Assembly (NCBI GenBank): GCA_963705105.1
Contig: CAVPIW010000011.1
Coordinates: 24,080-88,079, forward strand
Direction: 5' to 3'
DNA length: 64,000 nucleotides
From: an uncultured Nitrospiraceae bacterium
GTDB taxonomy: Bacteria > Nitrospirota > Thermodesulfovibrionia > Thermodesulfovibrionales > Dissulfurispiraceae
Position 1 is the stretch's first letter. Each line of letters opens with the position of its first letter. Below, one piece after another: positions 51,135-62,468 of this stretch. The notes beneath the pieces were generated by a model that saw only the letters and a program-made list of their open reading frames with translations, searched no databases and was not told where the DNA came from. Both the position numbers and the translations under genes were made by a program.

Positions 51135-51623
51135 ATGCGAAAGAAGGGAAAAACATCACCCCCTTCCTGTGACTGGAGTCTTCCGGAAGAGAAAAAGGCC
51201 GAGGGCAACGAAGACAGGATCTACCGTTACAAAGGCAATTACCGCTGGTCCGGTGTCAGGATTGAGAGGTACAAGTCCGATGAGGGAGGATGGTCAGCCA
51301 TCTCACGGCAGGTCCTTATCGGCAACGGCGGGGAATCGGCGAAGTTCCATCTCCGCTACTTCGAAATCGCTCCGGGCGGATACAGCAGCCATGAACGGCA
51401 CCGCCACGAGCACGTCGTCGTCTGCGTGAGAGGAAAAGGAAAGATCATCATCGGCACGAAAACGTATGCCGTGAATCACCTCGACACGGTCTACGTCGCC
51501 CCCGACACCGTCCACCAGCTCCGCAATCCCTATGACGAGCCCTTCGGCTTCCTCTGCATCGTCAATGCGCGCCGCGACCGCCCGAAGATCGTTTCTACAT
51601 CGCCGCAAAAGAACAGCGGGTGA
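51135..51623 (+). CDS. Cupin-domain protein
   Basis: RYFEIAPGG.S..ERH.HEH.V...G.G and HQLRN. Confidence 0.88.
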   Translation: MRKKGKTSPPSCDWSLPEEKKAEGNEDRIYRYKGNYRWSGVRIERYKSDEGGWSAISRQVLIGNGGESAKFHLRYFEIAPGGYSSHERHRHEHVVVCVRGKGKIIIGTKTYAVNHLDTVYVAPDTVHQLRNPYDEPFGFLCIVNARRDRPKIVSTSPQKNSG

Positions 51624-51660
51624 ACAAACTCTCTGATAGTTCTGATTTCCCTCTCCGCAC

Positions 51661-52884
51661 TCAGGAGAGCAGGAGGGCAAGGGGGATCGCCCAGAGGCGG
51701 TCGCCCAGTCGCACGGCGTCCCTGCCGTTGTATGCCAGAATGCCGGCTATGCAATGAGGCGTTGAAGAAAGAAAAGCTTTGAGTCCCGAGAGGTCTCCCG
51801 ATTCCCATCGGGCGCCCGCTTTGACTTCCAGAGCAATACACCTGTTCTCTGCCTCCACGACGAAGTCGACTTCATGCCTGCCCTGGATGTTCCAGAAATG
51901 CAGGCCCGCCTCCGGCCATGTCGAGTCGAGGATTGATAACAGATTATGGGCTGCATAGGTCTCAAAGAAGGCTCCCATCAACGGATCAGCAGGGTTCAAA
52001 TCTTTCAGGCCCGCAAGATGGCAGGCGAGGCCCGAATCGCTGACGTAGAGCTTCGGCGATTTAATGAGCCTGCTTGCCTTGTTTTGCAGATAGGGGTGCA
52101 CCCGGTATATAACGAACGACGCTTCAAGCAGCGCGAGATATCGTGATGCCGTGGCTGCGCTCAGCTTTGCGTCCCTTCCTATTTCACTGGGGCTTAAGAG
52201 TTGGCCGGTCCTGAGCGAGGTCAACCTGAGGAGTTGCCTGAATGCGATGATGTTTCCGATCCCGCTGAGGTCCCTCACGTCTCTCTCCAGATAGGTCTGC
52301 TCGTATCCCTTAAACCACAGTGACCGATTCTCCACCGCGCCTGTCGCGATCAGGGGCATGCCTCCCTTTACGATTTCCTCAATGCTGACAGGATTGGGCC
52401 CGTCGGTCTTTGGGATCTTCTGTTCAGCAAAGAAACTCTGCAGGAATGGTTGTTGTGCAATCCTGCCGAAGATCTCGCGGCGATTGAAAGGATGCATGAT
52501 GAAGTAGACGGCCCGGCCCGCGAGGCTCTCTGATATGCCCTTGAGCAGAGAGAAGTTGGCGGAACCGGAAAGAAGAAATTGTCCGGGCATTCTTTTCTTG
52601 TCCACAGCTCTTTTAATGGCGATGAGGATTTCCGGGCATTTCTGCGCCTCGTCGATTGAAAGCCGCTCCCCGCCGCCGACAAAGCCGTCAGGGTCTCGTT
52701 TAGCCGCTTCGAGTTGAGCGAAGTCGTCAAGAGAGACGTATTGTCGTCCCGAAAATTCCCGCTGTTCCTGGAGAAAGGTGCTTTTGCCCGTCTGGCGGAG
52801 ACCGGTCACAACGACAACGGGCATCGTTCGGAGCGCCGCATGCACCGTTGCAGCCATGTCCCTTTGAATATAAAGCGTTGTCAT
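51661..52884 (-). CDS. AAA_14 ATPase with DUF4143 domain
   Basis: GLRQTGKST, IDEAQK, ESLAGR, K.PKLY..DSG and EVDFV..LEVK. Confidence 0.9.
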   Translation of the reverse strand: MTTLYIQRDMAATVHAALRTMPVVVVTGLRQTGKSTFLQEQREFSGRQYVSLDDFAQLEAAKRDPDGFVGGGERLSIDEAQKCPEILIAIKRAVDKKRMPGQFLLSGSANFSLLKGISESLAGRAVYFIMHPFNRREIFGRIAQQPFLQSFFAEQKIPKTDGPNPVSIEEIVKGGMPLIATGAVENRSLWFKGYEQTYLERDVRDLSGIGNIIAFRQLLRLTSLRTGQLLSPSEIGRDAKLSAATASRYLALLEASFVIYRVHPYLQNKASRLIKSPKLYVSDSGLACHLAGLKDLNPADPLMGAFFETYAAHNLLSILDSTWPEAGLHFWNIQGRHEVDFVVEAENRCIALEVKAGARWESGDLSGLKAFLSSTPHCIAGILAYNGRDAVRLGDRLWAIPLALLLS

Positions 52885-52892
52885 TTTATTTC

Positions 52893-52921
52893 ATAATACT
52901 ATGACAAAATGACAATGTCAA
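52893..52921 (-). promoter_or_regulatory. Sigma70 promoter of the DUF4143 ATPase gene
   Basis: Minus strand TTGACA-N17-TATTAT, 8 nt before the ATG. Confidence 0.65.
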
Positions 52922-52972
52922 GTGAAGCATTTTGCCAGCAATGCGAACTCTGAAACTGAGAACAGTCGCGGA

Positions 52973-53371
52973 TCAGTGAGGAATCAGTTTGGCGCGGGCT
53001 TCAGCGATGAGGCAGCCGTCGGATTTCCGGATGAGGCGTGACACGGCCTCGACGATCCGGGAGCGTCTCTTCGTCGTCTCCGCTTCGACAAGCGTCTCCT
53101 CGCCGACCATCAGGGGCGCCCTGAACCGTATGGTCAGCTCCGCCGTGACGGGCGTCATTCCATCCGCCAGCGCCGCGTGAATGATCGCTTCATCGAGGAC
53201 AGACGCGATGATGCCGCCGTGGGTGATGTCTTTGTATCCCTGGTGGATTTTCTGCGGGGTGAACGTGGCCTGCGTCTTTCCGTCTTGCCGCCGGAAGGTC
53301 AGGCGGAGACCGGCATGATTGTCAGGACCGCAAACGAAACAGAAACCGTCATCGTCCCTGGTGAGTTTCAT
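52973..53371 (-). CDS. PaaI-family thioesterase
   Basis: CFVCG.DN..GL and HQGY....HGGII..VLDE. Confidence 0.9.
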   Translation of the reverse strand: MKLTRDDDGFCFVCGPDNHAGLRLTFRRQDGKTQATFTPQKIHQGYKDITHGGIIASVLDEAIIHAALADGMTPVTAELTIRFRAPLMVGEETLVEAETTKRRSRIVEAVSRLIRKSDGCLIAEARAKLIPH

Positions 53372-53384
53372 AGGCGAGGGTCGC

Positions 53385-54647
53385 CTACTTGTTCATCATG
53401 TCGAGGAAGTCCTTGTTGTGTTTTGTGCCCTTGAGCTTGCTCATCAGGAACTCCATGCTCTCGACGGTGCTGAGGGGATTGAGGACCTTGCGGAGAATCC
53501 ACATCTTGTTGAGCACGTCCCTGTCGACGAGAAGCTCCTCTTTTCTCGTGCCAGAGGCGTTGATGTCGATGCTCGGGAAGATGCGCTTGTCCACGAGCTT
53601 CCTGTCGAGGTGGAGTTCCATGTTGCCCGTGCCCTTGAACTCTTCGAAAATGACGTCGTCCATCCTGCTGCCCGTGTCGACGAGAGCCGTCGCGAGGATG
53701 GTGAGGCTGCCGCCCTCCTCGATGTTCCTCGCCGTGCCGAAGAATCGCTTCGGCTTCTGAAGGGCATTGGCATCAAGTCCGCCTGAGAGCACCTTGCCGC
53801 TCGTCGGCGTGATCGTATTGTACGCCCTTGCGAGCCGTGTGATGCTGTCGAGGAGGATCACGACGTCCCGTCTCGCCTCGATCAGCCTCTTCGCCCGCTC
53901 GATGACCATCTCGGAAACCTGGCAGTGGCGCTGGGGGGGCTCGTCAAAGGTCGAACTGATGATCTCGGCAGTGCTCACCTGGCGTTTCCAGTCCGTCACC
54001 TCCTCGGGACGCTCATCGATGAGCAGAATGATCAGGTGAATCTCTCTGTGGTTCTTCTTGACCGCCTTTGCAATAGACTGGAGGAGCATCGTCTTGCCCG
54101 TCCTGGGGGCGGCGACGACGAGTCCGCGCTGACCCATGCCGATCGGTGTGATGAGGTCCATGACCCTCATGGTGAAGTCAGCGGCTTCATATTCAAGATT
54201 GATTTTCCGCGTCGGATAATAAGGCGTGAGGTTGTCGAAGAGAGGCCGGGTCACATTGCTCTCGGGGGTATCATCATTGATCGTCTCGACCTTCAGCAGG
54301 GCGAAGTACCGCTCGTTTTCCTTCGGAGGTCGTATCTGTCCGGAGACGAAATCGCCCGTCCTGAGCGTGAAGCGCCGGATCTGGGACGGGGAAATGTAAA
54401 TGTCGTCCGGTGAGGGCAGATAGCTGTAATCGGGGGAACGCAGAAAGCCGAAACCGTCAGAGAGGATTTCGAGGACACCGGAGCCGTATACATTTCCGGC
54501 TTTTTCAGACTGGGCCTGCAGAATGGCGAAAATGAGGTCCTGCTTCCGCATGCCCGTCGCGTCGTCGACGTTGAGCTCCTTTGCTATGTATGTGAGGTCA
54601 TCGATTGTTTTCTGTTTCAGTTCGGAAATAGAAATATAGTTTTCCAT
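53385..54647 (-). CDS. rho: Transcription termination factor Rho
   Basis: [26 protein letters not shown] and [10 protein letters not shown]. Confidence 0.98.
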   Translation of the reverse strand: MENYISISELKQKTIDDLTYIAKELNVDDATGMRKQDLIFAILQAQSEKAGNVYGSGVLEILSDGFGFLRSPDYSYLPSPDDIYISPSQIRRFTLRTGDFVSGQIRPPKENERYFALLKVETINDDTPESNVTRPLFDNLTPYYPTRKINLEYEAADFTMRVMDLITPIGMGQRGLVVAAPRTGKTMLLQSIAKAVKKNHREIHLIILLIDERPEEVTDWKRQVSTAEIISSTFDEPPQRHCQVSEMVIERAKRLIEARRDVVILLDSITRLARAYNTITPTSGKVLSGGLDANALQKPKRFFGTARNIEEGGSLTILATALVDTGSRMDDVIFEEFKGTGNMELHLDRKLVDKRIFPSIDINASGTRKEELLVDRDVLNKMWILRKVLNPLSTVESMEFLMSKLKGTKHNKDFLDMMNK

Positions 54648-54867
54648 TCGGTTTATTCCTCTTTGGACGGTCATGATAGATTAAAATGTGCAGTAAAAAA
54701 GATTACTGAAATGGTCGGATTTTCTCTTCGATTGTCTTTAAGAAAGTCTTGTAATATGTCTTCGTGAAACGACCCTGCTTCAGGGTGGGTAACGCTGAGC
54801 TTTCATTTAGCATACATAAAGAAATTCCCTTTGTCAATACAAGTCGCCGCTGCAACAAAGGGGAATC

Positions 54868-55175
54868 ACATTGGAAAGGCTTTGATCCGATAGTGCTCCT
54901 TTTTCCTGACACTCACGCTGTCACTGACACTATTTTTCAGAGCGCTTCGTCCCGCCTTTTTATGACAATGCAGGGTATAATAACCTTATCGTTGCATACG
55001 CCTTCCGGAAAGGCGGGGTGTATGCGCTGAAAACCTTGCTGCGGCGACACCTTAACCGTCACAAAAGAGGACGTTTCAAGCCGATGATCGAAAAAGTGTT
55101 TACTGACACTGACACTCACACTGACACTGTTTTTCAGAGCGCTTCGCTCCGCCTTTTCATGCAACTGTAAAGTAT
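54868..55175 (+). repeat. Tandem modular elements E18a (module A right-half + hexamer) and E18b (B + hexamer, 54981-55175)
   Basis: CATTGGAAAGGCTTTGATCC fragment, then TAACCTTATCGTTGCATACGCC ... ATGCAACTGTAAAGTA. Confidence 0.87.
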
Positions 55176-55211
55176 AATCGAGGAATGTAAAGGGAGAGGG
55201 GGGAACTGTCC

Positions 55212-56222
55212 GTGGATTACCGCCTGACAGAACGCGTAAAGGCGGCGGGTTGAGCTGCAAAGATGGGTCCGTCGGACCTTGAGGATATTCTCGGATCTCT
55301 CCGCCCCTTCGACAACAGGGAGATTCTCGTCGGACCGGGAGACGACGCCGGGGTCTGCCTCATCGGGCAGACGGCCATCGTCGAGACCGTCGACATCATC
55401 ACTCCCGTTGTCAACGATCCGTTCACTTTCGGAGCGATCAGCGCAAATAACTCCATCAGCGACGTCTATGCCATGGGAGGCAGACCCGTTTCAGCCCTCG
55501 CCATTGCCGGCTTCTCCTCCTGCACATACGGGCCTGAAGTCCTGAAAGAGATCCTCCGGGGAGCGGTGGAGACGCTCCGGAGGGCCGGCGCCTTTCTCAT
55601 CGGGGGCCACAGTTTTGAGGATGAAGAACTGAAGTTCGGCCTCTCCGTGACCGGCGCCATCGACAGAGACCGGATACTCCGGGTCACCGGCGCCGGCGCC
55701 GGCGATGCCATCGTCCTGACGAAGCCGATCGGTGTGGGGGTTCTCACAACGGCACTGAAGGGCGGAAAGATGGACGACGGTGATATGGGGACGGTCATTT
55801 CGTGGATGACAACACTGAACGACGAGGCGTCGAGGATCGCCCTGCAAGCGGGTGCGACTGCCTGCACCGACGTGACGGGCTTCGGACTCCTCGGCCATGC
55901 CCTGTCAATGGTCAGAAAGACCTCCGTCGATTTCGTCCTCGACCATTCCATCCTTCCCGTCCTTGATCGGGTAAAGGACATGATCGAAAAGGGAATGGTT
56001 CCCGAGGGCGCTTACAACAATCTCCGCTTCCTCGATGGCAAGGTGGATTTCTCCGCTGAAATCGGAGAGGAGGAGCGCCTCCTGATGGCCGATCCCCAAA
56101 CTTCGGGAGGTCTGCTGATCACCCTGCCTCCCGGCGGCGTACGGTTGTTCAGGGAAGCGGGCCTGTTCCACGTCGTCGTCGGGAAAGTCGTCAGCGGGTC
56201 AGGACGCATCCGCGTCGTCTAA
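55212..56222 (+). CDS. selD: Selenide, water dikinase with in-frame UGA (selenocysteine) at codon 14
   Basis: GTG 55212 reads MDYRLTERVKAAG-TGA(55251)-AAKMGP, the SelD (C/U)xxK motif; downstream DDAGV, SDVYAMGG, TDVTGFGLLGH and DPQTSGGLL. Confidence 0.93.
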
Positions 56223-56242
56223 GCCACCTCCGTATCTCTCTC

Positions 56243-56432
56243 TAAACCTTATCGTTGCATAGGCCCGACCGAAAGGCGGGGTGTATGCGCCGAAAACCTT
56301 GATGCGGCGACACCTTAACCGTCCGAAAGACGAAGTTTCAACGCGATGGTCGAAAAAGTGAGCTTTTTTACTGACACTGACACTCACACTGACACTATTT
56401 TTCAGAGCGTTTCGCCCCGCCTTTTCATGCAA
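56243..56432 (+). repeat. Modular element E19 (B + hexamer module)
   Basis: Same arms; close to E22 in sequence. Confidence 0.88.
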
Positions 56433-56435
56433 GGC

Positions 56436-57362
56436 TTATATCTTGGATTCGGCGAGAAGAACGTCAAAGCTGTAGGACTTGAGGTAGGCGAGAAACTCGT
56501 CGACGGCGGGGGACAGGACGGCGTTCTTGCAGCGGATAAGGGAGAAATCCCGGACGATCCTTCCCTCTTTCGGCGTCAGGAACCGCAGGCTGCCGCATTT
56601 CGCCTCCCGCCGCGCCGCCCATTTCGACACGATCGAGATGCCCATGCCGCTCTCGACGGCGCCCTTGATCGATTCGGTGCTCCCGAATATCAGCGGTATG
56701 TGCATGTCTATGGGGTTGATCCCGTGCGAGGCGAGATACTTCTCGACGATCTGACGCGTTCCCGATCCCTCCTCCCTAAGGATGAACGGCTCCTTCGTGA
56801 TCTCCAGGATCGAGACGGTCTTCTTTTTTGCCCAGGGGTGATGGGAGGGGACGAGTATGATCAGTTCATCGGAGATGAAGGGCTCGACCTTGATCTTCTG
56901 GCGCGACGTCACCTCCCCGACGAAGCCGAAATCGATGACGCCGAGATTCACGAGGTCGGTGATGACCTTCGTGTTGCCGATGGTGACGTTGATCTTGATC
57001 TTGGGATGCTTCTTCTTGAAATCGAAGATCGCCTGCGGGAGAAGGTAGTTGCCGACCGTCGTCCCCGCCCCGATCTTGATACTGCCCTTGATAAGACCGG
57101 TGATCTTGCCGATGTCCTTCTCGACCTGCGCGTAGAGGGAGAGTATTTCCTTCGCATACTGGTACAGGATCTCTCCCGCCTGCGTCAGCGTAATGAAGCT
57201 GCTCGACCGGTCAAAGAGCTTTGTTTCGTAGATCTCCTCGAGGGCCTGGATCTGCAGGCTCACGGCAGGTTGCGTCACATGGATGATTTCCGAGGTTTTC
57301 GAGAAACTCTTCGTCTCCGCGACGGTGCAGAATACCTTGAGCTTATGATCCTCCATTCCCAT
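56436..57362 (-). CDS. LysR-family regulator (CysL-like), convergent with selD
   Basis: F..VAE.KSFS....TQPAVS.QI..LE..LFDR HTH and REEGSGTR; start is ATG 57362 or 57356. Confidence 0.93.
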   Translation of the reverse strand: MGMEDHKLKVFCTVAETKSFSKTSEIIHVTQPAVSLQIQALEEIYETKLFDRSSSFITLTQAGEILYQYAKEILSLYAQVEKDIGKITGLIKGSIKIGAGTTVGNYLLPQAIFDFKKKHPKIKINVTIGNTKVITDLVNLGVIDFGFVGEVTSRQKIKVEPFISDELIILVPSHHPWAKKKTVSILEITKEPFILREEGSGTRQIVEKYLASHGINPIDMHIPLIFGSTESIKGAVESGMGISIVSKWAARREAKCGSLRFLTPKEGRIVRDFSLIRCKNAVLSPAVDEFLAYLKSYSFDVLLAESKI

Positions 57363-57441
57363 AGCGCGAGTATATAATATCATAAATTTTTCTAATAAGC
57401 AAACGCCGGGAATGTCGTGAAAGGGGCGACTGACGGGGAGA

Positions 57442-57879
57442 TTACTTGCGCGACCGGACTGCCTGTCTCGCGAGCCTGTCGGCCTCGCTGTTGTCTTCCC
57501 TGGGTATATGAGCGATGGTGTATGAAGAGAACTGCTTGAGAAGGGAAAGGGCCTTCCGGTGGAGTGCCTGCAGATGAGGCTGTTTCACCCTGTATTGACC
57601 GGTGAGCTGCCGGACGATGAGCTCTGAATCGGCACGGATCTCGACTTCACAGGCTCCTCTTCCCAGGGCCTCCTCGACACCCCGGATGAGGGCGCTGTAT
57701 TCTGCGATGTTGTTCGTGGCTTCGCCGATGAATTCCGATATGGTCACCCTCTGTCCGTCCAGGTCAAGAACGGCGCCGATCCCGGAATCCCCCGGGTTCC
57801 CGCTCGACGCGCCGTCACAATAGAGAAGGGCTTTCTTACCGGCGTGAAAGGACAGGGACTGCTGTGAGGGGTTGCTCAT
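57442..57879 (-). CDS. rnhA: Ribonuclease HI (archaeal-like type)
   Basis: DGASSGNPG, TNNIAEY.AL, DSEL and HIPRE.N.EAD.LA. Confidence 0.92.
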   Translation of the reverse strand: MSNPSQQSLSFHAGKKALLYCDGASSGNPGDSGIGAVLDLDGQRVTISEFIGEATNNIAEYSALIRGVEEALGRGACEVEIRADSELIVRQLTGQYRVKQPHLQALHRKALSLLKQFSSYTIAHIPREDNSEADRLARQAVRSRK

Positions 57880-58655
57880 ACATCACCGCTTCCGCCTTCA
57901 GGACCTGCCGGGGCGGCAGGCAGCCCTGTCTCCGCCTCATTTTCAGGCTTGAGATAATAGAGGATACGCCGGCACTGAGGGCAATGGAAGATCTCATCGG
58001 TGCTCTTGATCTCGACGAAAAACTGGGGTGGGATATGGATGTTGCAGCCCTGGCAGATCTCCCCTTTTGCCTCGACAACGGCAATGCCGCGACCCACCTT
58101 CAGCAGCTCCATGTACTCCTTGTAGATATCCTTCCGGATGGACGAGACGATGCCCTTCCTCGCCTCTTTCAGGCGCTCCAGGATCTCCTCGTGATGCCGC
58201 ACGTCTTTCTGGAGTTCCTTTGTCACCCCTTCGATACGCTCCTGCTCAACGGCGAAAAGGCTCTTTCTTTCACCGACGACCTTCGATGATTCCTCGATCG
58301 CCTCCATGAGACCGAGCACTTCATCCTCCCGGGACCGTATCTCCTCTTCGATCTTCTCGATTTCCCTGAGGTGCGCCTGGTACTCCTTGTTCGTCTTGAT
58401 GTCTAAAGTCCTCTGCCGGAGCTTCAGGATCTTCGCCTGAATTTCCTCGATCTCGCGCTCCTTATCGCGCTTCTTCTTCTCGAGGAGTTCGTGTTTTTGC
58501 CTTGCTTGCTCATACATATCGCGGGCCCTGTCGAGGGCGCTGTCCTCACTGGCGATCTGACCGGGAATGGTCTTGATCTTCACGCGCGTCGAGAGGATCT
58601 GCGAATCGATCTTCTGGAGTTCTATGAGTAACGGTATATGTTCGTTCACAGGCAT
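57876..58655 (-). CDS. Coiled-coil C4-type zinc-ribbon protein (DUF164-like)
   Basis: LIELQKID, long coiled coil, CQGC and CPQCRRILY; the ORF-track N-terminal extension overlaps the tRNA. Confidence 0.88.
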   Translation of the reverse strand: MPVNEHIPLLIELQKIDSQILSTRVKIKTIPGQIASEDSALDRARDMYEQARQKHELLEKKKRDKEREIEEIQAKILKLRQRTLDIKTNKEYQAHLREIEKIEEEIRSREDEVLGLMEAIEESSKVVGERKSLFAVEQERIEGVTKELQKDVRHHEEILERLKEARKGIVSSIRKDIYKEYMELLKVGRGIAVVEAKGEICQGCNIHIPPQFFVEIKSTDEIFHCPQCRRILYYLKPENEAETGLPAAPAGPEGGSGDV

Positions 58656-58723
58656 TCCTGCAGGTGTTTTTCCCCCGGGCCGTCTCCCGGAAGAGACTGC
58701 CCTGCATCGGTCTTTGTGAGAAG

Positions 58724-58796
58724 TGGGCCCACCAGGACTCGAACCTGGGACCAACCGGTTATGAGCCGGCAGCTCTACCAGCTGAGCTATGGGCCC
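58724..58796 (-). tRNA. tRNA with CAU anticodon, probably tRNA-Ile2 (lysidine); CCA not encoded
   Basis: GGGCCCATAGCTCAGCTGGTAGAGCTGCCGGCTCATAACCGGTTGGTCCCAGGTTCGAGTCCTGGTGGGCCCA folds as a cloverleaf; paired G1-C72 excludes the initiator; position after dnaG-rpoD favours Ile2. Confidence 0.92.
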
Positions 58797-58877
58797 TCTG
58801 CCGCTGCCAAAGACCGGCCTTCGCGCATGCGTACACAAACGTCAGATCTAAACTATAAATTCCGCGATTTCCTGAAG

Positions 58878-60395
58878 TCAAGGCTGGGAAACGAAATCCA
58901 TGAGCCACCGGCATCGGGACGGGTGCTTCAGTTTCTTGATGGCCTTCATTTCGATCTGGCGTATCCTCTCCCTCGTCACATCGAATTCCAGTCCCACCTC
59001 CTCCAGGGTGAGCGGCATATCTTCCCCGAGTCCGTAACGTTTCTTGATCACCATGGCCTCTTTCGGGGAGAGGGTCCTCAGGATCTTTCCGATGACGTCC
59101 CGCAGGTCGCTCTGCATCACATAATCAAGGGGTGAGAGGTGCGTCTTGTCCTCTATGAAGTCCTTCAGCATCGACTCTTCATCCTCGCCGATGGGCGTCT
59201 CGATGGAAATGGGGTCCTTTGATATTTTCAGGATACTTTTTACCCGCTGCAGGGGCATACGCGCCCGTTTCGCGATCTCCTCGGGACCGGGTTCGACGCC
59301 ATGCTCCTGCACATATTCCTTCACTATCCGGCTCACGCGCTGGATGTTCTCGATCATGTGAACGGGAATCCTGATCGTTCTCGACTGGTCTGCAATGGCC
59401 CTCGTCACGGCCTGCCTGATCCACCAGGTGGCGTAGGTGCTGAATTTATAGCCCCGCCGGTATTCGAATTTGTCCACAGCCTTCATCAGCCCGATGTTGC
59501 CCTCCTGAATGAGGTCGGCCAGATTGAGACCCTTGCCGATATATTTTTTCGCAATGCTGATGACGAGCCTGAGATTGGATTCGACGAGGAACTGCTTCGC
59601 CGTTATGACCTGCAGCTCCGCTTCATAACAGGACCGTATCCGTTCGTCGAATTCCCGCGCCGGCAGCCCGACGGTGCCCTCCATCCGGGAAATGTCAGCC
59701 TTCAGTTGCTTCCTCTCCGGCGCGCCTCTCCTGGCTCCACCGAGATCCCTGACCTTCAGGGCAAGGGACTGCATTTTCGTGTTCGTTTCCTTCATTTCGT
59801 CAAGAAAAATCCCCATAACCTCTTCGCGCAGGTGAAGTTCCGAGATCTTTTCGCAGATCTCCTTCCTCTTCTTCCAGGCTGAACGGCGAAGGACCGTCGC
59901 CTGTGTGACACCGACCGGCCCGCCGGACTGTCCCTCCGGGCCGGTGATCATTCCTGAGATTTCCCTCGTGATGGCGGCGAAGCGATCCTTCTCCTCCAGC
60001 ATATCCTGTTCGGACAGGTCATCGCCGTCCTGGAGAATGTCTCTCAGGGGAGCCTCGCCCCGTTCGACAAGCCTGCCGAGTTTGATGATCTTCTGGAGAA
60101 CAAGGGGTATCGTGAAGAGAGTCTCGACGATCTTTCTCTTCCCGTTTTCGATCTGCTTCGAGATGACGACCTCCTTCTCCTTGTCAAGAAGGGAGAAGGC
60201 GCTGATCGCCTTCAGATAGAGCCTCAGGGGATCGGACTCGTGTTCGGCTTCGTCATGATCCGGTTCAGTCTTGAGGGGAAAGTCGTCCCTGTCTTCCCGG
60301 AAAAGCATGTCACGGAGGTGATCGTTCCGGAGGCTTTCGTCGCCTTCGTCACCTTCTCCGCCCGCAGGACCGATCATGTTGATTGGTCTTTTCAC
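58878..60395 (-). CDS. rpoD: RpoD-like sigma70 factor
   Basis: [45 protein letters not shown] and [12 protein letters not shown] start overlaps the dnaG TGA and follows GGAGG. Confidence 0.9.
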   Translation of the reverse strand: MKRPINMIGPAGGEGDEGDESLRNDHLRDMLFREDRDDFPLKTEPDHDEAEHESDPLRLYLKAISAFSLLDKEKEVVISKQIENGKRKIVETLFTIPLVLQKIIKLGRLVERGEAPLRDILQDGDDLSEQDMLEEKDRFAAITREISGMITGPEGQSGGPVGVTQATVLRRSAWKKRKEICEKISELHLREEVMGIFLDEMKETNTKMQSLALKVRDLGGARRGAPERKQLKADISRMEGTVGLPAREFDERIRSCYEAELQVITAKQFLVESNLRLVISIAKKYIGKGLNLADLIQEGNIGLMKAVDKFEYRRGYKFSTYATWWIRQAVTRAIADQSRTIRIPVHMIENIQRVSRIVKEYVQEHGVEPGPEEIAKRARMPLQRVKSILKISKDPISIETPIGEDEESMLKDFIEDKTHLSPLDYVMQSDLRDVIGKILRTLSPKEAMVIKKRYGLGEDMPLTLEEVGLEFDVTRERIRQIEMKAIKKLKHPSRCRWLMDFVSQP

Positions 60396-62146
60396 GGGCC
60401 CTCCGGTGGTCTGTCCGCCTGATCGCTCCGCCCGGAAGCGCCGGCGATCTCCCTCTTTTGCGCGAAGAGGTCCTTCAGCAACTCCGCGTCGCCGCTTTCG
60501 CCCGCCTCGGCGATCTTTTTTTCCAGGCCCCTCAGGGCGATCGTCCTGAGACACCTCCCAAGCATCTCGTCAACCTTGGAATCGTCGATGTCCGGCCCCA
60601 TGGTGATCCCCGTGATGAGCCTTTGCTCCTCGGTGGTGCAGGCGTCAAGGAGTTTCTGCAGGCTGAACGACCCGGGGTCTTCCGCCACGATGGAGCGCAC
60701 TTTTTCGATAATGCCGCAAGCGGCCGTGTCGCCGAGACTGCCGGGATCGAAGGACGCGGCGATCTTCCAGGCCTTCCCGGGATGTTCAACGAGAATGTTC
60801 AGGATCAATTCCACCTCTTTCCGCATCCCCTCGTCGCCGCGCATCCCGTCATCACGTGCAGGAGACCGCTGCCCTGCGGCGGGCCGGCGGCCCGACGCGC
60901 GGAGTTCCTCACGGAGCGTCTTCTCAGGAATTTTTGACCGTTCCGACAGCTCCCGGAGGGTGTCATCCCGCTGGAGCGGGTCCTGGGAAGCCGACAGGAG
61001 CCCGAGGATGAACCGTACGGCGTCTATCCTGTTCCTCGTCGTCCAGGTGAGCACAAAATCAACGGGAGAAAGGGCCTTGCCCATGAGAGACTTAAACCGC
61101 CTGTCTCCGTGTTTGCGAAGAAACGTGTCAGGGTCATCCCCCTCGGGGAGACGGAGGATCTTTGCAGTCATGCCCTCCGAAAAGACGACCTCCAGTGCAC
61201 GCTTCGCAGCGGCGAGGCCGGCAGCGTCGCCATCGAAAACAAGGAGGATGTTCTTCGCGTACTTCTTCAGCGCCTTCGCCTGACCCGCCGTGAGTGCCGT
61301 GCCGAGGGGGGCGACGGTGTTGGTGAAATCGTGCTGGTGACAGCGGATGACGTCGAAGTAGCCCTCGACGATGATCGCGTATCCCTTCCGTGCGATCGTC
61401 GTCCGCGCATGATTGATGCCGTACAGTGACTCACCCTTCCTGAATATGGCGCTGTCCGGCGAATTGAGGTATTTCGGTCCTTTCGGCTGCGCTGTCAGAA
61501 TCCTTCCGCCGAAGGCGACGACCCTGTCCCTCCCATCGACAATGGGGAACATAAGCCTGTCCCTGAAGAAATCGAACTGTCCCTTTTCACCGGTACTGAC
61601 GACACCGGACGCCCTGATCTGGTCGGAGCTGAATCCCTTTCCCGTCAAATGACGCAGCAGCGCATCCCGCTCTCTCCCGCTGTAGCCGAGGGAAAAGCGC
61701 TCCTCCGTTTCAGCATCGATGGCACGGTCGGCGAGATAGGCCCTGCACTGATCGGAGCGGACGAGGTTGTCCCGGAAGAAGAGCATCGCCTCGCGCTGAG
61801 CCTCATAGAGTGCCTGGCGCATGCCTTCGGCACGGGACGAACCGGACCGGAGGCGGTCCGTGTTCACCCCCGCCCTGCGGCCGAGGGCCGTCAGGGCCTC
61901 GGGAAAGGTCAGGTGATCCTGTTCCATGACGAACGTAAAGATATCGCCCCCCTTGTGACAGCCGAAGCAGTGGAAGATCTGCTTGGAAGGGCTCACCATG
62001 AAAGACGGGGTCTTCTCCGGGTGGAACGGGCAAAGTCCCTTGTAATTCTGTCCCGCCTTCTTCAGGTCGACATACTCGCCCACAAGATCGACGATGTCGA
62101 TCCTCGCCTTGATCTCTTCGCGCAGATCATCAGGTCCCATGGTCAC
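60392..62146 (-). CDS. dnaG: DNA primase
   Basis: [29 protein letters not shown] and FDGDAAG. Confidence 0.97.
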   Translation of the reverse strand: MTMGPDDLREEIKARIDIVDLVGEYVDLKKAGQNYKGLCPFHPEKTPSFMVSPSKQIFHCFGCHKGGDIFTFVMEQDHLTFPEALTALGRRAGVNTDRLRSGSSRAEGMRQALYEAQREAMLFFRDNLVRSDQCRAYLADRAIDAETEERFSLGYSGRERDALLRHLTGKGFSSDQIRASGVVSTGEKGQFDFFRDRLMFPIVDGRDRVVAFGGRILTAQPKGPKYLNSPDSAIFRKGESLYGINHARTTIARKGYAIIVEGYFDVIRCHQHDFTNTVAPLGTALTAGQAKALKKYAKNILLVFDGDAAGLAAAKRALEVVFSEGMTAKILRLPEGDDPDTFLRKHGDRRFKSLMGKALSPVDFVLTWTTRNRIDAVRFILGLLSASQDPLQRDDTLRELSERSKIPEKTLREELRASGRRPAAGQRSPARDDGMRGDEGMRKEVELILNILVEHPGKAWKIAASFDPGSLGDTAACGIIEKVRSIVAEDPGSFSLQKLLDACTTEEQRLITGITMGPDIDDSKVDEMLGRCLRTIALRGLEKKIAEAGESGDAELLKDLFAQKREIAGASGRSDQADRPPEGP

Positions 62147-62278
62147 CCTTCATCATCCGCCCCGTCCGCTGGGCTGCCGTCATCCCCTTCAAGCCGCCGA
62201 CGCACCGGTATTATACACGACGATATCAGTCCTGCACAGTCCGTGAGAACACCGGAACCAAAGCGTGAACACACGGAC

Positions 62279-62446
62279 GGGAAGGCTGATGTGGTGAAAA
62301 GCCTTTCCGCTAAGATGCCTCATACATCCCCGGATCACCCTTTGCCGTGTCTGCTGATACCGGAAGCCCGTCGGGCAACAAGAGCTGAACACAGCGAGAT
62401 GTCTCATCATCGCACTGGAAAGGCTTTGATCCGTATCTGCCTTCCC
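62279..62446 (+). repeat. Module A copy (E20)
   Basis: 168-bp diverged match with both arms conserved. Confidence 0.9.
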
Positions 62447-62468
62447 GGCGACACTCTGCACGCCATTG

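Noticed and set aside
55251..55253. selD pseudogene with a premature stop
   Set aside because: The TGA falls exactly at the catalytic Cys/Sec position and the rest of the gene is intact.
58656..58838. N-terminal extensions of track ORFs (zinc-ribbon protein; also 21059, 25602, 30771, 43686, 60554)
   Set aside because: They overlap a tRNA, repeats or neighbouring genes; downstream starts with an SD or signal peptide fit better.
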